Shown here one piece after another: positions 57,488 through 64,000 of a stretch of 64,000 nt of DNA. The notes under the pieces are model-generated. The model had not been told where the DNA came from. It ran no database searches and saw only the letters and a list, made by a program, of their open reading frames with translations. Each line of letters starts with the position of its first letter. The first letter of the stretch is position 1. Location: the NCBI GenBank assembly GCA_024401435.1, contig JAKSLB010000008.1:54653-118652 (forward strand). The letters are read 5' to 3'. The position numbers and the translations under genes are program-made. This DNA comes from Paludibacteraceae bacterium. GTDB taxonomy: Bacteria > Bacteroidota > Bacteroidia > Bacteroidales > Paludibacteraceae.

Positions 57488-57636
57488 CTATTGCTGTCCG
57501 ATAAAATGTGTACTTTTGCCCATCGTTTATATGGTTTTTGTGGTGAAAACAAATTAAACGAAAAGGCTGAACCTCCGCAAGGAAGATTCTGCCTATTTTT
57601 TTGCTGGTAAAAAAATGTTTGGCGGACACCAATGAA
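57488..57636. repeat. inverted pair of the ATTRSTGTYCG motif bracketing a bidirectional terminator hairpin
   Basis: TATTGCTGTCCGATAAAATGTG (57489-57510, plus strand) and TTCATTGGTGTCCGCCAAACAT (57636-57615, minus strand). The same motif occurs at 549-528 and 46384-46363. Confidence 0.5.
57565..57602. terminator. strong bidirectional terminator hairpin downstream of the DUF3781/SAP-like pair
   Basis: Minus-strand RNA GGC-A-GAA-U-CUUCC UUGC GGAGG-UUC-A-GCC (11 bp) followed by UUUUCGUUU. An A run lies on the other side, giving a T run on the plus strand. Confidence 0.7.
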
Positions 57637-57790
57637 TTAAATTTACAAATAAACAATACTGATTATCAATATATTACATATCTGGTTCTGGTTCAAGCGT
57701 GAGAATTGCTCTTATTGTTCGTTCACGCTATAAAGGCTCTCGAATTGCCCAGTTTGTCATAAACAACAAGGCAGAAGTCTACAAAGCATT

Positions 57791-58396
57791 TTATTCCCTC
57801 AAAGTGTCTTTATATTTTTCCAAAAGTTCATGTGTATAGATTTTTTCCATATTAGATTCCCGTACAATTTTCCAAAGGCAAGAGGCGGTTTTCAGTTTTT
57901 CACGACAATTAGCAGTAGCAGAATCAGCACAAAAATCTTTTACAAACTTGTTCCACTGCAAAGCTGAATTGTCATATTTTGCATAGGTTTTTCTTCCGTA
58001 ATAAATCTCCAGTAAATCACCAAGTGTAAAATTATCGTCCCCAGATTCTTTCACAGCCTTTACTGTGGCAACCATATCCACATTGAATTTGAACGGTCGG
58101 ATTCCAGTTGTTTCTTCAAAAAAGATGCGAAACCTCGAACCGAAAGTAAAGCCGCATTCAATTAGGCTGGTTTGCAAGGAAAGCTCAGTAACGGTTTTCT
58201 TCGCGACAGACATTCTCTTCACCGGCAGCACTATTTCCCCTTCAAAATACTTTTCAATTACCTTGTTCAAATCAATTTTACCACCGGATGCCATTAGACC
58301 ATGAGACTTACAGATTTTTATAAGTTCATCCCTGTACCAGTAGTATTTAGAGAATTCTTCAAAGGTTTTAATATCATCAAAATTCGGACGATTCAT
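57791..58396 (-). CDS. hypothetical protein with an N-terminal SAP/DUF6434-like helix motif
   Basis: 201 aa from ATG 58396, which lies 1 nt after the upstream stop. The N-terminus FEEFSKYYWYRDELIKICKSHGLMASGGKIDL recalls SAP-type motifs (memory only). Confidence 0.7.
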   Translation of the reverse strand: MNRPNFDDIKTFEEFSKYYWYRDELIKICKSHGLMASGGKIDLNKVIEKYFEGEIVLPVKRMSVAKKTVTELSLQTSLIECGFTFGSRFRIFFEETTGIRPFKFNVDMVATVKAVKESGDDNFTLGDLLEIYYGRKTYAKYDNSALQWNKFVKDFCADSATANCREKLKTASCLWKIVRESNMEKIYTHELLEKYKDTLRE

Positions 58397-58397
58397 T

Positions 58398-58652
58398 TTA
58401 CTTTTTGTGTGCTGTAATAATTGTGTAGCTATATGCATTCACTGTAATGATTCCACCTTCAATATTCACATACCAGTTTTTACCATTACGGAAAATGGCT
58501 TTCTCATCATTTGCGCCAGCACGCATAATTTGAGTTTTACACCATTCAACTACATCATCACAGTTTAGCGAAAGGTTCTTTTTGATCCTTACAATACCTA
58601 GTTCTGTTGTATGGAGATATTCTAAATTTTTTATCAATTCGTTTTCTATCAT
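58398..58652 (-). CDS. DUF3781 domain-containing protein
   Basis: 84 aa. LHTTELG..RNGKNWYV..ITVNAYSYTIITAHK matches the DUF3781 pattern as I remember it. Confidence 0.75.
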   Translation of the reverse strand: MIENELIKNLEYLHTTELGIVRIKKNLSLNCDDVVEWCKTQIMRAGANDEKAIFRNGKNWYVNIEGGIITVNAYSYTIITAHKK

Positions 58653-58699
58653 CTTATTTTTTTAATGACTTATTAACTAGTCAAAAGGTGTTTCCCCTT

Positions 58700-59818
58700 T
58701 CAATCACTATAATCAATATCCAAATTGATCTCTATTTTATATGTAGGATATGCTTCGTTAACTTTCTTAATAACATTTTCACGTAACACATTCCAATCAG
58801 GAACCTTGAAATCGACCACGATATCAAAAGAAATATACTTACGTTCCTGATCAATAAAAATTCCGTGTGATTGCAAAACACCTTCAAAAGAATTAGCAAT
58901 ACTCTTAATTTCGTGTTGCATCTGCCCTACTTCATCGCCTTGATTATCCACAGCATAAATTCCGAACGTAAGATACACTCCAAATTTTTCCTTGACAGTT
59001 TGTTGCGCACGCTTGGTCAACAAATGGATTTCTCTGGCTGACAACGTATCAGAAACCTCAACATGCACAGAACCAATCGCTTTATCAGGTCCATAATCAT
59101 GCAATACCAAATCATAGGCTCCGATAATATTCTCCATAGAACGAATTTCTGCTTTGATACTTTTCGTCACTTCACTATTAGCTCTAGCTCCCAGCATTTG
59201 ATTCACGGGTTGCATCAACAATTCCACACCCGCCTTGATAATAAAAATAGAAATCAAAGCACCTATATATGCATCGATAGATATGTTAAACACAAGTGTG
59301 ATAATAGCACCCACTAATGTTGATGCCGAAATAATGGCATCAAACGATGCATCAGTTCCAGAAGCAATTAAAGCATCTGAACGATATTTCTCACCTTGCT
59401 TCTTTACATATCTACCTAATAGCAATTTAGTAATTATCGCAACTGAAATAATAACAAAAGTAGTTGTTGAATAATCCGCCAAGTCAGGATTTTTTATTTT
59501 ACCCAAACATTCAATCAACGAAAACACACCTGCTGCAAAAACAATACATGCTATGACAATTCCACTTAAATACTCTACCCTACCATGTCCATATGGATGT
59601 TGCTTATCTGGTTTTTTATGAGCCAATTTAACACCTAATATAGTAATGACAGAAGATAATGCATCACTTAAATTATTTACAGCATCTAAAACAATTGCTA
59701 TTGAATTAGCGAACAATCCAACGACAGCTTTAAATGATGCCAGTAAAACATTGGTTATAATTCCGATGACACTGGTTTTCGTTATTTCACGATCACGAGA
59801 AGATTCATTCTGACTCAT
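58700..59818 (-). CDS. cation diffusion facilitator (CDF) family transporter
   Basis: 372 aa with 6 TM (LDAVNNLSDA, HPYGHGRVEY) and a C-terminal cytoplasmic dimerisation domain. Confidence 0.9.
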   Translation of the reverse strand: MSQNESSRDREITKTSVIGIITNVLLASFKAVVGLFANSIAIVLDAVNNLSDALSSVITILGVKLAHKKPDKQHPYGHGRVEYLSGIVIACIVFAAGVFSLIECLGKIKNPDLADYSTTTFVIISVAIITKLLLGRYVKKQGEKYRSDALIASGTDASFDAIISASTLVGAIITLVFNISIDAYIGALISIFIIKAGVELLMQPVNQMLGARANSEVTKSIKAEIRSMENIIGAYDLVLHDYGPDKAIGSVHVEVSDTLSAREIHLLTKRAQQTVKEKFGVYLTFGIYAVDNQGDEVGQMQHEIKSIANSFEGVLQSHGIFIDQERKYISFDIVVDFKVPDWNVLRENVIKKVNEAYPTYKIEINLDIDYSD

Positions 59819-59844
59819 ATCTATACTTTATAAATTTGTAAAAA

Positions 59845-60312
59845 CTACAAAACAAATTGTAACGGAAGTAACTCCGCAATGCTATCTACACGATATACAC
59901 TTTCTGTTCCATAGAGATAAACTTTTATCTTCGTTTGAAAACGATTTTCTGTTTCCAACAATGCCTGACGACAAGCTCCACAAGGCGTAATAGGCTTTTC
60001 AAGAAATCCATCAGCATTTTTAGCTGCAATGGCAATAGCACATACCGGCGTAGTGGGATTCTGGGCATTTGCATAAAACAACGCCGTTCTTTCCGCACAT
60101 AATCCACATGGGTATGAGGCATTCTCCTGATTATTGCCAGTCACTATCTGATCATCAGACAAACGCACAGCCGCACCAACCGAGAAATTAGAATACGGAG
60201 AATACGAACCTTTCGTCGCATTTTGTGCTGCGACTATCAATTCTCTTTCTTTGTCGTTCAATTCCTCAAACGACAAAGTAGAGACATGACATGATATTGT
60301 GAAATCTTTCAT
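59845..60312 (-). CDS. cdd: cytidine deaminase
   Basis: 155 aa with zinc motifs CAERTA and PCGACRQ. Confidence 0.92.
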   Translation of the reverse strand: MKDFTISCHVSTLSFEELNDKERELIVAAQNATKGSYSPYSNFSVGAAVRLSDDQIVTGNNQENASYPCGLCAERTALFYANAQNPTTPVCAIAIAAKNADGFLEKPITPCGACRQALLETENRFQTKIKVYLYGTESVYRVDSIAELLPLQFVL

Positions 60313-60315
60313 CTA

Positions 60316-61734
60316 TTAATAACGATACAAATCAGATTTATAAGGTCCATCCACAGAAACACCAATATAAGCAGCTTGTTCTGGCGTTAACTTAGTTAAT
60401 TTAGCACCAATTTTACTTAAATGAAGACGAGCGACCTCTTCATCCAACTGCTTTGGCAAACAATACACACCGACCTTATATGGTTTAGTAAACAACTCAA
60501 TTTGTGCCAAGGTTTGGTTTGTAAACGAATTACTCATCACGAACGATGGATGACCTGTTGCACATCCTAAATTAACCAATCGACCTTCCGCTAACAAGAT
60601 GATTGAATGTCCATCAGGGAAGAAATATTGATCCACCTGAGGTTTGATATTACGACATTTAATGCCTGGATATTGTTTCAACTTAGCCACTTGGATCTCA
60701 CTATCAAAATGTCCAATATTACATACAATAGCAGAATTTTTCATCTTAGCCATGTGTTCAATCGTGATAATATCAATATTACCTGTCGTAGTAACATAAA
60801 TATCACCATAAGGCAATGCATCTTCAACTGTAACAACTTCATAACCTTCCATTGCAGCCTGAAGAGCACAAATAGGGTCAACCTCAGTAATCAAGACACG
60901 TGCACCATAATAGCGCATAGAATGAGCACAACCCTTACCCACATCACCATAACCACATACGACAACAACCTTTCCTGCTACCATAATATCCGTAGCACGT
61001 TTAATACCATCAGCTAATGACTCACGGCAACCATATAAATTGTCAAACTTAGATTTTGTTACAGAATCATTTACATTGAAAGCAGGGAAACGTAATTTGC
61101 CATCCTTTTCCATTTGATAAAGGCGATGAACACCTGTTGTGGTTTCTTCCGATACTCCTTTAACTTCTTTAATTATATTGGTGAAATAATTAGGTTTAAC
61201 CTTTTGAACTTCTCCTATGATTTTTAAAAGTTCTATTTCATCTTCACTCTCGGCATTTCTTGACAATATAGAAGGATCTTTTTCTGCATCTGCTCCTAAA
61301 TGAAGCATCAAAGTAGCATCGCCACCATCATCTACAATCATATTTGGACCAAGTCCATCACCAAAATTCAAAGCTTGTAATGTACACCACCAATAATCTT
61401 CCAACGATTCACCTTTCCAAGCAAAGACAGGCACTCCAGTTGCAGCAATCGCAGCAGCAGCATGATCTTGCGTAGAAAATATATTACAACTAGCCCAACG
61501 AACTTGAGCTCCTAATTCTACTAATGTTTCAATCAAAACAGCAGTTTGAATAGTCATATGAAGAGAACCAGACACACGGGCACCTTTCAAAGGTTTCTGT
61601 TTACCATACTTTTCACGAAGTGCCATCAATCCAGGCATTTCATTTTCCGCCAATTCGATTTCTTTTCTACCGAAATCGACCAAATTCATATCTGCCACCT
61701 TATAAGGAAGCGCAGAAAACAATTTTTCTTTCAT
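60316..61734 (-). CDS. ahcY: adenosylhomocysteinase
   Basis: 472 aa with the NAD-binding motif CGYGDVGKG, plus HLGAD and NIGHFD blocks. Confidence 0.97.
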   Translation of the reverse strand: MKEKLFSALPYKVADMNLVDFGRKEIELAENEMPGLMALREKYGKQKPLKGARVSGSLHMTIQTAVLIETLVELGAQVRWASCNIFSTQDHAAAAIAATGVPVFAWKGESLEDYWWCTLQALNFGDGLGPNMIVDDGGDATLMLHLGADAEKDPSILSRNAESEDEIELLKIIGEVQKVKPNYFTNIIKEVKGVSEETTTGVHRLYQMEKDGKLRFPAFNVNDSVTKSKFDNLYGCRESLADGIKRATDIMVAGKVVVVCGYGDVGKGCAHSMRYYGARVLITEVDPICALQAAMEGYEVVTVEDALPYGDIYVTTTGNIDIITIEHMAKMKNSAIVCNIGHFDSEIQVAKLKQYPGIKCRNIKPQVDQYFFPDGHSIILLAEGRLVNLGCATGHPSFVMSNSFTNQTLAQIELFTKPYKVGVYCLPKQLDEEVARLHLSKIGAKLTKLTPEQAAYIGVSVDGPYKSDLYRY

Positions 61735-61771
61735 ATTATTTCTTCTAAATCATTAAATTCATTTTGGACTA

Positions 61772-61779
61772 CAAAATTA
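61772..61779 (-). promoter_or_regulatory. -7 box (TAATTTTG) for ahcY
   Basis: Perfect TAnnTTTG, 37 nt upstream of ATG 61734 and directly after the ompH terminator. Confidence 0.6.
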
Positions 61780-61780
61780 C

Positions 61781-61813
61781 AAAAAATAAGGTTGGAACAA
61801 AAGCTCCAACCTT
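61781..61813 (-). terminator. Rho-independent terminator of the ompH operon
   Basis: 9-bp stem aaggttgga / tccaacctt followed on the minus strand by ATTTTTT. Confidence 0.8.
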
Positions 61814-61837
61814 ACTATTTCATATTGAAAAAATTGA

Positions 61838-62497
61838 TTATTTCTTCTTACTATAGCGATCATTCAACTGAGACAACACATCTGAAGTGATATCCATAGA
61901 TTCGTCAACATAAAGCAAATCAGCACTATTAACAATCATGATATATTTACGATCTTGATTATAAATCTTAAAGAAATTATCAATCGTGTCCATCAATTGT
62001 TTTGTCAACTTCAACTGTTCATTAGCAAAATCTTGTTCCAAACGCATTTGTAATTCTTGCAACTCTTGATTCTTGGAATACAAACGATTTTGTTCTTGCT
62101 CAAAAGATTCTTTTGTCAAGAAACCTCCAGCTTGATATTTCTGTTGGAAGACCTCTAACTCAGTAGCCAACTTTTGTTGAGCATCTTTCATTTCTTTCGT
62201 TGACTTTGCCTCTTTTTGTAAAAGTTTTTCATTCCATTTTTTGTAAAAATCAAACTTTTGCAAGCTTTCCTGAAGCTTACCCACATTCACATAAGCGATA
62301 GGATATGCGCATGTGCTATCCAACGCAGCAACACCTAAAGTATCCGTCAATATGGCTGTCGAATCAACCAAATTCACTTGAGAAGCATCCGTATTCGAAT
62401 CATCAGAACATGATTTCTTTGAAGTGAATTGCATAATATACAAGCCTAAAACAGCCAATGCTAAGACTGACAAGGCTATAATGTTAAAATTCTTCAT
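61838..62497 (-). CDS. OmpH/Skp family periplasmic chaperone
   Basis: 219 aa with an N-terminal anchor and a long Q/E/K-rich coiled-coil core typical of OmpH. Confidence 0.85.
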   Translation of the reverse strand: MKNFNIIALSVLALAVLGLYIMQFTSKKSCSDDSNTDASQVNLVDSTAILTDTLGVAALDSTCAYPIAYVNVGKLQESLQKFDFYKKWNEKLLQKEAKSTKEMKDAQQKLATELEVFQQKYQAGGFLTKESFEQEQNRLYSKNQELQELQMRLEQDFANEQLKLTKQLMDTIDNFFKIYNQDRKYIMIVNSADLLYVDESMDITSDVLSQLNDRYSKKK

Positions 62498-62727
62498 GAA
62501 ATTTTATTATTAGTATTTATTTGTCTATTTTTTGGTTTGTCTTTTATATTATTATATTCCATATAATCCTGAGTTTGAACGCAATACACACCTTTTTTAT
62601 TTAACGCTTTGTTTCCACCTACATGAGAATTAGGGAATTTGCCTTTTTTGATAAAAAAGACCCGTACACCCAATAACACAATAGATATCAAAACAATGAC
62701 GAGTGTTAGTACGAACAATTTCAACAT
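62494..62727 (-). CDS. small hypothetical membrane protein
   Basis: 77 aa with one N-terminal TM helix. It overlaps ompH by 4 nt and is preceded by a -7 box. Confidence 0.6.
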   Translation of the reverse strand: MLKLFVLTLVIVLISIVLLGVRVFFIKKGKFPNSHVGGNKALNKKGVYCVQTQDYMEYNNIKDKPKNRQINTNNKIS

Positions 62728-62750
62728 AGATCAAATTTTTTTAATCAGCG

Positions 62751-62758
62751 CAAAGATA
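62751..62758 (-). promoter_or_regulatory. -7 box (TATCTTTG) for the small membrane protein and ompH operon
   Basis: Perfect TAnnTTTG, 23 nt upstream of ATG 62727. Confidence 0.6.
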
Positions 62759-62837
62759 TAGTTTATTAGAATACAAACTAATGTTAGAACTTCTTTTTTA
62801 GTTTATTTCATAACTAAAACAATTCATTTAACATCTT

Positions 62838-64000
62838 TTAATATGACTTCTTAGGACCTGCTATTTCAATTACATTTATGACATAATCACCCAATTTTTC
62901 ACATTCGGAAATCATATCCATATAATAGACGCCCATTTGATAATCATACAATTTATCGTTAATATCAACAATATTCTGGCTTTTCAATTGTTTTCTATAG
63001 TTATTTATCTCAATTTCAATATTTTGAGATTTGTTTATGTCAGACTCTTTTAATTCAGTGGATTTAACAATATAAATCATCTGCGTCAAAGCCGAGTCTG
63101 CAAGATTTAACATATTATGAATATGTTCATATTGTTTCTCCGTAAAATCTTCTGTAGAGGATCTTTGCCTTTTTCTTCTAATCGTACGAGCTAAATTATA
63201 ACAACTATCTCCAATACTTTCTAATTCAGATACTTGACGCATCATATGTTGAATTTCGACCTTACTTTCAGCACTCAATCGACCCTCAGAAACTTTATTC
63301 AAATAATCAGCTATACGTATTTCAGTATTATCAGTAATATTCTCATACTTTTCAATTCGGCTAAACAACTTGTTAAAGTCATCACCTTTCTCCATATGTA
63401 ACAAGTCTGGAATAAAACGGAACATCTTTTGACATCGTTCCGCAAACAAGTTTAGTTCTTTTTTAGCTTCTAAGATAGACAACTCAGAAGTGGATAACAA
63501 ACCACCTCCAATATACATCAGTTTAGACTCATCTTCTTCCTCAGAACCTTTAGACGGAATAATCAAACTTACCACCTTAGCCAAAGGATTCAAAAACCAG
63601 ACAAGTATTAAAACATTACAAACGTTAAACATCGTATGAAAAGCAGCCAACACAACTGACAAAATAGATTTGTCTGCAATTGGCGAATGAGGATCATAAT
63701 GAACAATCGAACACACAAAATCAACAAAATGAGGGAATATAGAGAACACCCAAATGACGCCGAACACATTGAATACCATATGCGCCATTGCAGCTCTTCT
63801 TGCCTGCGTAGATGCCGACAATGCAACAATATTTGATGTTACAGTCGTACCTATATTTTCACCCATTACCAATGCAATACCCATATAAATATTAAGTACA
63901 CCTGTTGAACACAATGTCATCGTAATAGCCATAATAGCAGCCGAACTCTGAACCGAGCAAGTTAATATGCCACCAATAAACAAGAACAGCAAATAAGATG
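62838..64000 (-). CDS. Na/Pi cotransporter family protein (5' end outside the window)
   Basis: NptA-type membrane repeats (GENIGTTVTSN) followed by PhoU-like helical repeats. The frame stays open to the window edge. Confidence 0.88.
   Translation of the reverse strand, partial: SYLLFLFIGGILTCSVQSSAAIMAITMTLCSTGVLNIYMGIALVMGENIGTTVTSNIVALSASTQARRAAMAHMVFNVFGVIWVFSIFPHFVDFVCSIVHYDPHSPIADKSILSVVLAAFHTMFNVCNVLILVWFLNPLAKVVSLIIPSKGSEEEDESKLMYIGGGLLSTSELSILEAKKELNLFAERCQKMFRFIPDLLHMEKGDDFNKLFSRIEKYENITDNTEIRIADYLNKVSEGRLSAESKVEIQHMMRQVSELESIGDSCYNLARTIRRKRQRSSTEDFTEKQYEHIHNMLNLADSALTQMIYIVKSTELKESDINKSQNIEIEINNYRKQLKSQNIVDINDKLYDYQMGVYYMDMISECEKLGDYVINVIEIAGPKKSY

Noticed and set aside
59821-59870. 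Sequence resembling the element terminus (ataaatttgtaaaaactacaaaacaaattg).
   Set aside because: The match is short and gapped and lies mostly inside the cdd coding end. It is consistent with chance in AT-rich DNA.
61735-61771. Possible SAH riboswitch upstream of ahcY.
   Set aside because: The -7 box is only 37 nt from the ATG, which leaves no room for a riboswitch aptamer.
62796-62819. Hairpin ttttagtt / aactaaaa after the Na/Pi cotransporter gene as a terminator.
   Set aside because: The stem is AT-only and no U-run follows on the relevant (minus) strand.
1-64000. CRISPR arrays, rRNA genes, transposase or integrase genes, and known defence-system genes.
   Set aside because: I looked for regularly spaced direct repeats and for recombinase, nuclease, helicase or ATPase ORFs of unknown context. 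None is present in this window.

Overview
Low-GC chromosomal segment, most likely from an anaerobic Bacteroidota (Bacteroidales-like) organism. The evidence is perfect TAnnTTTG -7 promoter boxes in front of about 20 transcription units, a short sigma-A type RpoD, three proteins with T9SS C-terminal sorting domains, and nrdDG plus rubrerythrin. Most of the window is ordinary core genome: alaS, nrdDG, a DASS symporter with a porin, a three-gene biotin-dependent acyl-CoA carboxylase operon, rpoD, ygiQ, tamB, tsaD, panB, a LytS/LytTR two-component operon, paaK, uvrB, a PL11-like rhamnogalacturonan lyase, tRNA-Ser(GCU), mltG, perR with a reverse rubrerythrin, cdd and ahcY. I found no CRISPR array, rRNA, transposase, integrase or recognisable defence or toxin gene cluster. 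The features that gene calls do not explain are non-coding. (1) A 197-bp repeat bounded by terminal inverted repeats and mostly TA-flanked occurs as two full copies (38180-38376 and 56782-56978) plus partial ends. One full copy sits between a promoter and the ATG of a five-gene operon; the other sits inside a decayed accessory patch. (2) A second repeat of about 110 nt (445-552 and 46275-46387) marks borders between GC-richer DNA and core operons. (3) A roughly 20-nt motif, ATTRSTGTYCG..., is present four times, once as an inverted pair around a strong bidirectional hairpin. (4) The tamB signal-anchor is encoded upstream of any canonical start codon. All family names come from reading the translations and from memory. 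No database search was run.
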